DNA from: a virus
Strand: one strand, 5' to 3'
IMG/VR virus record: IMGVR_UViG_3300014137_000003
Length of the DNA: 64,000 bases
Part shown: in pieces, positions 56,449 through 63,733 of the stretch
How positions within the stretch are numbered: position 1 is the first letter of the stretch
How the letters are laid out: the number at the start of each line of letters is the position of its first letter
The notes under the pieces: model-generated
Database searches by the model: none
The model's input: only the letters and a program-made list of their open reading frames with translations
Told to the model about the DNA's origin: nothing
Translations under genes and position numbers: made by a program

Positions 56449-56830
56449 GGGGTCGTCTTGGATTCGACAGGCGACTGAGATTAAGAACTTCACTCCGAGT
56501 GGTGACGTAATCACCAAACTTAAATATAACTGCAAACACAGTTCAACCTGTTGAGATGGCAGCCTAACAAGTCTCCCTCGACTTGTATGTCTGTCTAATC
56601 AACACAAGTAAATTACCGATTAAGGTGAGCGACTATCTGTAAGTAACGGTGCAGTGGTAGCTATAAACCACGTTACTCGCTAGAAGGGGTATCTCAGCCC
56701 TCTAGTTAAATACGAGATATAGCTTTAGGGTTTGTGCATTTACCTAAGGTCGAATGTTTAAATGTAGCAGAGTGCTATAGAGTTTTTAGTTGAGGTTGTT
56801 TGGACGTGGGTTCGAAACCCACCGGCTCCA
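56449..56830 (+). ncRNA. ssrA: tmRNA (SsrA-like)
   Basis: 5' GGGGTCGTCTTGGATTCGACAGG; 3' GGACGTGGGTTCGAAACCCACCGGCTCCA; acceptor GGGGTCG/CGGCTCC with G3:U70; tag ORF 56532-56567 GCA AAC ACA GTT CAA CCT GTT GAG ATG GCA GCC TAA = ANTVQPVEMAA. Confidence 0.85.
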
Positions 56831-56833
56831 TTA

Positions 56834-56906
56834 GGCTTGATAGCTCAATTGGTAGAGCAGTGGACTCTTAATCCACGGGTTGTAGGTTCGAGCCCTACTC
56901 AGGTCA
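56834..56906 (+). tRNA. tRNA-Lys (anticodon CTT)
   Basis: Starts 3 nt after the tmRNA; GTGGA-CTCTTAA-TCCAC, GTAGG-TTCGAGC-CCTAC. Confidence 0.8.
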
Positions 56907-57335
56907 TGGCTGATGTTGTAATATCAACATTCCAGCTAGTAAATTCCTTTTGCCTAAGAAGTACAATTTCTAAGCAATAAAAAGCACTGGCAATATCTGT
57001 CTGATTGTACTGGGCAGATGTCTAAAAACTTGTTGGTTAAAAGGTTCTCCAACATACGATACCAGGAGGCGTTAGAGGTATCATTTCAGGCTTAGTACCT
57101 CGATAAGGGGTAGTAAGTCATAGCTAATACTTAGGTATTAGTGAACCTTTATAGAATAACGAGTAAATAAGTGCAACTTGAGAGGTCGTTGCAGGTACAG
57201 CCAGGAAACCTTTTAAATAGTAGCCCTTAGGATAGACACTGTGTAAGTCGAGAATTGATCAGCTCGCAATCAGATGATTCTATCTGAAAGTAGTTGGCAG
57301 GGGTGAGAGCTTGTTGTTTTATAGGGGTATTCTTA

Positions 57336-57408
57336 TCCACCATAGCTCAGTTGGTAGAGCACCTGACTGTTAATCAGGTTGTCACAGGTTCGAGACCTGT
57401 TGGTGGAG
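57336..57408 (+). tRNA. tRNA-Asn (anticodon GTT)
   Basis: TCCACCA/TGGTGGA acceptor, CCTGA-CTGTTAA-TCAGG, ACAGG-TTCGAGA-CCTGT. Confidence 0.85.
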
Positions 57409-57535
57409 TTCAGTAAAAATCTTCCCAGATATTTCCCTTTTACTGAAGCTAATCGTATAATTATCGATAAGACGACAGGAATACGGTTAGTCAGACCTAG
57501 CTAGGCAAGTCTAATTGTTTAGCTAGGTTTATTAT

Positions 57536-57677
57536 TGGGGTATAGCCAAGTGGTAAGGCAGTAAGAGAACTGTGGAACGGAGGTTCGAATCCTCTCAAGA
57601 CGACTAGGTCGTGCTTGTAGCCAAGGGGTAAGGCTCACAGCTACTTATGACCGTGGGTTCGAATCCCACTACCTCGA
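57536..57677 (+). ncRNA. double tRNA-like 'dumbbell' RNA: two cloverleaf bodies joined through their anticodon stems, no anticodon loop
   Basis: Outer body: acceptor 57536-42/57670-76, D arm 57545-59, stem 57561-65/57644-48, T arm 57653-69. Inner permuted body: stem 57570-74/57636-40, T arm 57579-95, capped acceptor-like helix 57596-604/57608-17, D arm 57620-34. Both T loops are TTCGAAT. Confidence 0.6.
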
Positions 57678-57731
57678 TAGTTCAGTCCTTGTAAAGTGGT
57701 CTGTAACTACTTTGCTAAGTATCCTCTAATG

Positions 57732-57740
57732 TGGTAAACT
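57732..57740 (+). promoter_or_regulatory. TG-extended -10 promoter
   Basis: TGgTAAACT then TACAGTAT. Confidence 0.45.
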
Positions 57741-57812
57741 TACAGTATCATAGTTAGGGGTATTCTATATTTCTAACAGTTAAGACTAGTAATTTATCTG
57801 AGAGGTGTACTA

Positions 57813-58175
57813 ATGGAAGTTCTATTAGGTAAGACTAAGTTAAGTGGTAATGCAAGAACTGTCTCTATGAAAACAACAATACCTTTGGTAGTTCAAGAGA
57901 ATTTGCATGTAACTGAAGGTCAAGAAATTTTCCTTTATTTTAAGGAAGGACGTGTTTATCTTGAGATTTCTAAGAAGGATGAATCCTCTTATGGGCTTGG
58001 CAAGGATATTTGTTTCCTAGGAAGTAAAACTTTAGTAAATCAAGGTTCTGTGCTTGCATTTTCTTTCGCTAATGTGCTAAGAGAGGTTTTGATGTTATCT
58101 ATTGGTGACTACCTTGGTTATTACTTTAGTGAGGGTAGAATTTATATTAAAAAGTATGAAGAGGGTTTTAGTTGA
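57813..58175 (+). CDS. possible AbrB/MazE (SpoVT-AbrB)-like DNA-binding protein
   Basis: ..TTIPLVVQENLHVTEGQEIFLYF..GRVYLE pattern, repeated more weakly in the C-terminal half. Confidence 0.3.
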   Translation: MEVLLGKTKLSGNARTVSMKTTIPLVVQENLHVTEGQEIFLYFKEGRVYLEISKKDESSYGLGKDICFLGSKTLVNQGSVLAFSFANVLREVLMLSIGDYLGYYFSEGRIYIKKYEEGFS

Positions 58176-58230
58176 TTCTCTAGGACTTGTTAACTTATAG
58201 GGGTAAGCCTTGGAATAGGGGGTATTTAAA

Positions 58231-58467
58231 ATGGAAAAACAAACAATTCAAGAACAATTAGACCATTGGAGAAGGTTACTTCCAGTAGGTTCAGTGTGGC
58301 TTACTCAACAACTCTCTTGTAGGTTTGTAACAGTCAAGGGCGTTCATTATAGTTTATTTCCTAATTGTATTATGGTGCAGTACACTAGAGATGATGCACC
58401 TGACACAGTTTATCAAGAGATGGTAGGTGCTTTCTACAACTATATTGTAAGTAAACAAGTTAGATAA
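58231..58467 (+). CDS. hypothetical protein, paralog of 52144-52377
   Basis: See 52144-52377. Confidence 0.55.
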   Translation: MEKQTIQEQLDHWRRLLPVGSVWLTQQLSCRFVTVKGVHYSLFPNCIMVQYTRDDAPDTVYQEMVGAFYNYIVSKQVR

Positions 58468-58568
58468 GGTAGTAGGTTAGGTAGGTTACTATTTTGAAGA
58501 TGGCAAGATCTTTATTAAGAAGTACGTTGAAGAAGATTAGCAAGTAGTTTGCCTTAGTTATCGATGTA

Positions 58569-58577
58569 TGGTATACT
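58569..58577 (+). promoter_or_regulatory. TG-extended -10 promoter (tRNA-Glu/Pro transcript)
   Basis: TGgTATACT then ATATGTAT. Confidence 0.5.
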
Positions 58578-58751
58578 ATATGTATAGTATTTATTAGTAG
58601 TTATATTCTAGCTGAGCGTTTAGGGGTAACGACTACCAAACGTCTGTTAGCATATTCGTCTATATGGGAGTTGGGGTCGCCCGAACAAAAAAGAACACGG
58701 TTGCGAAAGTCAAATCTGTCTGCGGAAAAGCAGAGGCTTACCCTACAATGA

Positions 58752-58823
58752 GCACTGTTGGTCAAGTGGTTAAGACACTGCCTTTTCACGGCAGTAACAG
58801 GAGTTCGATTCTCCTACAGTGTA
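58752..58823 (+). tRNA. tRNA-Glu (anticodon TTC)
   Basis: GCACTGT/ACAGTGT acceptor, CTGCC-TTTTCAC-GGCAG, AGGAG-TTCGATT-CTCCT. Confidence 0.85.
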
Positions 58824-58919
58824 TTGTCGATAAGGTAGCATAGCCTTACCTCTGGTATCTGGGTAAGGAGATGTCGGTTCATATCCGACTAAAGTTTTGC
58901 TTGATGGTGTAAGCGACAA
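58824..58919 (+). ncRNA. non-canonical tRNA-like element
   Basis: Closing helix TTGTCG/CGACAA; 7-bp hairpin CCTTACC/GGTAAGG with 11-nt loop; T-arm-like GTCGG-TTCATAT-CCGAC; 24 extra nt before the 3' strand. Confidence 0.3.
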
Positions 58920-58929
58920 ATTTAAATAT

Positions 58930-59003
58930 CGGGAAGTAGCTCAGCTTGGTAGAGCACTTGCTTTGGGAGTAAGGGGTCGCAGGTTCGAATCCTGTCTTCC
59001 CGA
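58930..59003 (+). tRNA. tRNA-Pro (anticodon TGG)
   Basis: CGGGAAG/CTTCCCG acceptor, CTTGC-TTTGGGA-GTAAG, GCAGG-TTCGAAT-CCTGT. Confidence 0.85.
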
Positions 59004-59426
59004 TGGCAAAAGATTGTATTTGAAGTAATTCATTGCATTTCGGCTTAATAGCTTGGGTAAGGTTGTTAAGTCATTAGGTGCAAGCATAATGTGCAACCGT
59101 TATGTGAGTGCTTTAGTTCCTTAATTACAAGGACGCCTAAGTGAAGGGTTAATATTCACTAACGCTCCTCAGCGATACGAGGTGACGACAACGGTTCGAT
59201 TAATAGCTAAATTTAGTCAGATAAGGTTGTTGAGATTTAATGCATTGTGTAGATGTTATCCCCTTTTAGTATAATTTAGATTCGTACCTTTCTTTCTATA
59301 GGTAACTCTCTACAAACGGTTTAGGGTAAGTAAAAAGCCGTTCATTAAATCAATATAAAACCCAGTTGCAAAAACGATATTGACATCTCCTTAATGTCTT
59401 AAATTACTTACTTTTTATCGTTTTTA

Positions 59427-59577
59427 GCTTGTGTGGTGGAATTAAGAAGACACATGGGACAGTGCTATAGCTAGGGTATCCTAGTGAGTTGCCATGCTCG
59501 CCAAACCCCATAAAGTACCGAATTAACGGTCGCCTCAGTAAATGGCAGGCTTGCGGGTGCAACTCCCGTCACAAGTG
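59427..59577 (+). ncRNA. structured RNA closed by a tRNA-like acceptor helix (tRNA-like or minimal RNase P-like; unresolved)
   Basis: GCTTGTG/CACAAGT terminal helix; hairpin GCGGG-TGCAACT-CCCGT; helix TGCCAT/ATGGCA; hairpin CTAGG-GTAT-CCTAG. Confidence 0.3.
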
Positions 59578-59590
59578 TTAGGAGGGTATC

Positions 59591-59938
59591 ATGCAGAGAG
59601 AAGATTTGAAAGAGTTTCTAGGATGGTTTTTAATTAACTTAGTGGCGTTTGTTAATTCTTGCTTTATTGGTTTCTTGTTCTTTATGCTTACTTATAAGTT
59701 ACATGTTCATTTTGGGTTTCCAGAGCCTAGTGTTAACGGATTAGTTCTTCTAGTTTGTTTAAATAGTGTCTTTTTCAAACTTAAGTTAGAATTAGAGTTA
59801 GAGGAATCAGAACTTTCCACCAAAGAGGTTCTATCTCAGACTGTTAGTAGGACTTTGTTTATGGTTTGTATCCTAGTTGTAATCTTTAATATTGATACTG
59901 CTTTTAGTTTTCTTCAAAATGCAATTGGAATAGATTGA
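59591..59938 (+). CDS. membrane protein
   Basis: Hydrophobic helices; AGGAGGGTATC before ATG. Confidence 0.5.
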   Translation: MQREDLKEFLGWFLINLVAFVNSCFIGFLFFMLTYKLHVHFGFPEPSVNGLVLLVCLNSVFFKLKLELELEESELSTKEVLSQTVSRTLFMVCILVVIFNIDTAFSFLQNAIGID

Positions 59939-59961
59939 TTACTCAACTTGCATTATATTCA

Positions 59962-60045
59962 GCACCCATGGCGGAACAGGCAGACGCTCAGGACTTAAAA
60001 TCCTGTGTCCAGAGGGACGTCCGAGTTCGAGTCTCGGTGGGTGTA
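59962..60045 (+). tRNA. tRNA-Leu (anticodon TAA), class II
   Basis: GCACCCA/TGGGTGT acceptor, CAGGA-CTTAAAA-TCCTG, 15-nt variable arm, CCGAG-TTCGAGT-CTCGG. Confidence 0.85.
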
Positions 60046-60353
60046 TGTGGTTAGAGGTTATCCCAGTATAAAACCTCAAGGTTTATAGATCATTGCGTAC
60101 TCCTTTGGGGAGGAGAGGAGCTCTACTCTCGCTAAATTGAGCAGTCGGTTTGGTTTCTTTTTGTGGGGACATATTTACATATCTCTTAATAATATATGCA
60201 GAATGTTATTAGTCCTCCTAGCTAGGGGTTCCTAAGGGTAATGATAGTAACAGGAAAAGGACGAGGGGGTTATATGGGGTATTTTAGCTATTTACTTCCA
60301 GTAATCTGAAGTGGGTTTGCATTCCATGGTGTAGAATCTCCTAGCTACACGGT

Positions 60354-60458
60354 ACTTGGGTAGTGATGAGGTGCAATTCCTTATCATGAATCGGAAAGCG
60401 TGACAGCGTACCTATCTTTAAGGGGTAGGTGATGAGGGTTCGAGCCCCTCTCCAAGTA
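60354..60458 (+). ncRNA. aberrant tRNA-like RNA: canonical anticodon (TAA), T and acceptor arms, D region replaced by a long hairpin
   Basis: ACTTGGG/TCCAAGT acceptor; CTATC-TTTAAGG-GGTAG; GAGGG-TTCGAGC-CCCTC; 8-9-bp hairpin 60363-60387 plus ~23 nt where the D arm should be. Confidence 0.35.
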
Positions 60459-60562
60459 TAGCTCACCGCTGAGAAGTAGCGAGCATTCGTCTAGTTATCT
60501 GTCTAGCTAGGCATGAAAAAGCTAAAAAGTAAAATGAAGAAAGAAAAAAAGGTTAAAAATTT

Positions 60563-61651
60563 ATGGCATTTAATAAACTTAAACCACGTCAAGTGGACCC
60601 AGAACACTTGAAAGCTATTGCAGAACAAGCAAAAGCTCAACGCTTTTATCAATCTGTTCCTAAATCAGAAGATCCAGATAACTATCCAGTGTTTAGTATT
60701 TCTCAAGAAAACAACCTTATCTACGTTCCAAACTTTGTTGTAGAGAACGAAGAAGGTATGGAAGAACTTCGCATGGATAAGCCTTTCTTGTATTCTGTAA
60801 AAGATGGCAGTCAATTCTTGAAACTTCGTTCACCTGAGGGTATCGTAGACGAAGCTCTTGGTCTTGATGGTTCTGATCCTATTGCAGACGCTTTCCAATT
60901 GGTAACAGAGTTGGCACAGAAAGAGGCAGCACGCCACTTGGTTGCTAATGGTTTCCAAGCAGACGATCAGTCAGACGAAGCTCGTAAACTTACTTCTCAT
61001 ATCTATGGAGGTCGTATCATCAAACAAAAACAACGTACTTATACGTTCCCGATTGTTGTGTTTGAGCGTACTTCTGAAGAAAAGAGTGGACGTAAGACTT
61101 ACAAACTCGTTCTTGACGAAAATGGTAAACCTAAATACCAAGTTATGTGGTATTCAATTTCTGAAAACCTTTACAATGATACTGGTAAATGGAAAGAAGA
61201 GCTTAACAACCGTTCTGAAGAGTACGGGGAAGACTTCCTTACTCCAGCAGGTCTCTTCTTCCAAATCAAAGGGGATTACACTCGTAAACCTAATGAAGAA
61301 TGGTCAGCCTTTAATGCAGCTCGTAAATTCGCAGTTGTTATGTCAAACCCACCAAAAGAAATTGCTGATCTTGGGGATGAATTCCTTGACGAATTGGACA
61401 AGGCAGCTGAAGATTGGACTCCAGAAAAAGCAATCGAAATGGTTATCGCAAACCACTTCTATTCAGTTGAAGATTTGCGTGTAGAACTTGATCGTTTGAT
61501 TCAACCAGTTAAAGATAAACTTGCTTTGCTTGAGCTTGGTGAGGGTACTACTGAACCAGCCAAAGCTATTGCAACAACGGCAGCTCCTAAGGGGCAACAA
61601 GCCTTGGCAAGTCTTGATGACGACGATATCGACGATCCTAACGACGAATAA
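60563..61651 (+). CDS. abundant-protein-like ORF with acidic C-terminal tail; possible ssDNA-binding protein
   Basis: Ends ..LDDDDIDDPNDE (SSB-like acidic tail); codon choice differs from neighbours; strong terminator; no GGGGTA motif inside. Confidence 0.3.
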   Translation: MAFNKLKPRQVDPEHLKAIAEQAKAQRFYQSVPKSEDPDNYPVFSISQENNLIYVPNFVVENEEGMEELRMDKPFLYSVKDGSQFLKLRSPEGIVDEALGLDGSDPIADAFQLVTELAQKEAARHLVANGFQADDQSDEARKLTSHIYGGRIIKQKQRTYTFPIVVFERTSEEKSGRKTYKLVLDENGKPKYQVMWYSISENLYNDTGKWKEELNNRSEEYGEDFLTPAGLFFQIKGDYTRKPNEEWSAFNAARKFAVVMSNPPKEIADLGDEFLDELDKAAEDWTPEKAIEMVIANHFYSVEDLRVELDRLIQPVKDKLALLELGEGTTEPAKAIATTAAPKGQQALASLDDDDIDDPNDE

Positions 61652-61667
61652 TCTTCTCGTAAATAAT

Positions 61668-61699
61668 GACAGTGTAGGGCAGAGTGCACTGTCTTTTTT
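61668..61699 (+). terminator. rho-independent terminator
   Basis: GACAGTG/CACTGTC stem then TTTTTT. Confidence 0.65.
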
Positions 61700-61709
61700 A
61701 TTTTCTTTG

Positions 61710-61718
61710 TGGTAGAAT
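61710..61718 (+). promoter_or_regulatory. TG-extended -10 promoter
   Basis: TGgTAGAAT just after a terminator. Confidence 0.5.
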
Positions 61719-61752
61719 ATATTTAAGATTATTAGGTTTTGGAGGTTGTTTC

Positions 61753-62484
61753 GTGAGGATTTACTATTTAAGCGACATGCATATAGAAAGCCCTGAGGGG
61801 TATCTATACGATTTAGAGGGGATATTACCTTTAGAAGAAAACCACGGGAAAGACTGGGTAGTAGTTGCAGGTGATATTTCTTCGAGTCCTTCTGTTGTTA
61901 GGGATATTCTAGGTTATTTAGCGTCTAAGTTCGCTCATGTTTTCTTTGTGATGGGTAATCATGAATATCGAAATGATTCCCCCTCAACTTACAAGAGTAC
62001 TGAAAAACTATATAAGGCTTTGTTATCTAGTATTAGTAACTTACACTTCTTAAATAATGAGGTGGTTGAAGTTGACGGTCTTACTGTTGCAGGTTCAACT
62101 TATTGGTATGAGTTGGCTGATAATTATAGTAAGGCTTGGTGGAAAACTTTTTCTAATGATTATGTTTATGTACACCGTGATTGGGATGACTCAAACAGAC
62201 ATCACGACCGTGACTTCAAGTTCTTGCAAAGTCTAAAGGATAGGAAGATTGACTTACTAGTAACTCACTTCCCACCGAAGAGCTTTAGAAAAGAGCGTAT
62301 AGAGGACCTAGAACTTCCCCCTATTAAAGATAGTGGTGTTCGTCCTCGTTACTGGATTTGTGGACATGAGCATGTATGTTGCGATGAGGACTTTAATGGT
62401 TCTAGGGTTCTAATGAACCCAGTGGGGTATCAAGATGAAGATACTTCTTATGTTGCAAGGTATGTGGACATTGAACCTATGTAG
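61753..62484 (+). CDS. calcineurin-like metallophosphoesterase (SbcD/Mre11-like)
   Basis: YYLSDMHIE (DxH), VAGDIS (GD), MGNHEY (GNHE), CGHEH (GHxH); GTG 61753 after GGAGG. Confidence 0.65.
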   Translation: MRIYYLSDMHIESPEGYLYDLEGILPLEENHGKDWVVVAGDISSSPSVVRDILGYLASKFAHVFFVMGNHEYRNDSPSTYKSTEKLYKALLSSISNLHFLNNEVVEVDGLTVAGSTYWYELADNYSKAWWKTFSNDYVYVHRDWDDSNRHHDRDFKFLQSLKDRKIDLLVTHFPPKSFRKERIEDLELPPIKDSGVRPRYWICGHEHVCCDEDFNGSRVLMNPVGYQDEDTSYVARYVDIEPM

Positions 62485-62522
62485 TTTTTAGGTATATCAG
62501 TTAAATAAAAATGGAGGTATAT

Positions 62523-63695
62523 ATGTCAAAGGGTATGTCTAAAATTCTTGGGTTAGAGCTTAAGAATTTTATGTCTATCAAAGAAGCTAAGTTAGTCTTT
62601 GATGAGACAAATATTATTAACCTTAAGGGTTATAACGATAGTGGTAAGTCTGCTATCACACGGGCTTTAGATGTTTTGTTGTTTGATTCTTATAAGCGAG
62701 CTCAGAAAAACTTTATCACCCACGGAGAGCATTATTTCCGTATTAAGTTGCACTTCGATGATGGCGTAACTATTGTGCGTGACAAGTATTTGAATGGCTC
62801 TAGTTTATATGAAATGTATTCCGAGGGTAGTCTCATCTTTAGCACTAAGGTGGGAAACACTTTAACTCAAGTTAAAGATGTCCCTCTTGAAATTAAAGAA
62901 TACTTGGCTATGACGGAGACCTCACAAGGTAATTACCTTAATAGCCAGTCTATTTATGACAAACAGTTTCTTATTCAAACGTCAGGTTCTGAGAACGTAG
63001 AACTCTTGAATGGGGTACTGAAGCTAAAAGAAACTGGTCTAGCAACCACTGCTATTAAGAACGATATTAATCAGTTATCTTCTAGTATTAATGGTATTTT
63101 AGCAGATATTGAGGCTATCAAAACTTCTCTTGAACGTTATGAAGATTTAGACGAAGACTTTATTCTCTTACTTTCTGACTTAGATAGTAAGTATGATGAA
63201 GTTGAACGTAAATACAATCGTCTAGCAGAACTAGAGGATTTACTTGTAGACATCTCTGAGTTGCCGGAGGGTGTTCCTGAGTTGTCTATGATTGACGGTT
63301 CTCTCTATTCTTCCTTGTTAGGGGTAGCTGAATCTGTAGAGGAGTTAGCTAAAATCAAGGAAATTCCTAATGTAGACAAGATTGACTATAATTTTTACCT
63401 TGATTTACTTAAATTATGGGAGTTGCAAAATTCTTATAAAAACGTCGACACTCTAATTTTGGATATTCCACTAATTGATTTTGGTATATTAAATTCCTTG
63501 AAAATTCTAGGGAATAGCTTTGAAGAATTGGTAGAAATTTCAAACATTATTAGTTCCCTTAGTGGTAGGGCTGAAGAGCTAGAAAATGAAAGTTCTGAGA
63601 TTCAGGAGTATGCTCGTGAGAATGGAATTTCTATTAGTAAGTGTGACAATTGTGGTGCTTTAGTTCAGGGTGTTGCAGGTCATGTGCATTTGTAA
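62523..63695 (+). CDS. SbcC/Rad50-like ATPase, N-terminal head + coiled coil, ending at a CxxC
   Basis: LELKNFMSIKEA..GYNDSGKSAITRAL (Walker A); long heptad-like region; ends ..CDNCGALVQGVAGHVHL; no signature or Walker B seen. Confidence 0.5.
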   Translation: MSKGMSKILGLELKNFMSIKEAKLVFDETNIINLKGYNDSGKSAITRALDVLLFDSYKRAQKNFITHGEHYFRIKLHFDDGVTIVRDKYLNGSSLYEMYSEGSLIFSTKVGNTLTQVKDVPLEIKEYLAMTETSQGNYLNSQSIYDKQFLIQTSGSENVELLNGVLKLKETGLATTAIKNDINQLSSSINGILADIEAIKTSLERYEDLDEDFILLLSDLDSKYDEVERKYNRLAELEDLLVDISELPEGVPELSMIDGSLYSSLLGVAESVEELAKIKEIPNVDKIDYNFYLDLLKLWELQNSYKNVDTLILDIPLIDFGILNSLKILGNSFEELVEISNIISSLSGRAEELENESSEIQEYARENGISISKCDNCGALVQGVAGHVHL

Positions 63696-63733
63696 TGTAA
63701 TTACTTAATATTAGAAAGTTTAGGTGTTATAAA

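Noticed and set aside
57536-57677. Reading the dumbbell locus as two ordinary tandem tRNAs, or as an intron-containing tRNA-Gln
   Set aside because: Taken separately, each half has only 18-19 nt between the D and T arms and non-pairing acceptor strands. After notional excision of the inner part, the outer loop would be AGAACTA, which has no U33. Bacterial tRNA introns are also group I and much longer.
58716-58734. Possible SRP (4.5S) RNA domain IV hairpin TCTGC-GGAAAA-GCAGA
   Set aside because: It is only a 5-bp hairpin with a GNRA-like loop. The conserved symmetric and asymmetric loop sequences of SRP RNA are absent.
60942-61484. Alternative-frame + strand ORFs (60942-61484, 5119-5301, 6283-6465, 11183-11368, 18036-18293, 18987-19175, 44111-44320, 48784-48987, 61521-61715)
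   Set aside because: They are fully nested out of frame within longer genes that carry recognisable motifs or better starts. Their translations look like frame-shifted noise.
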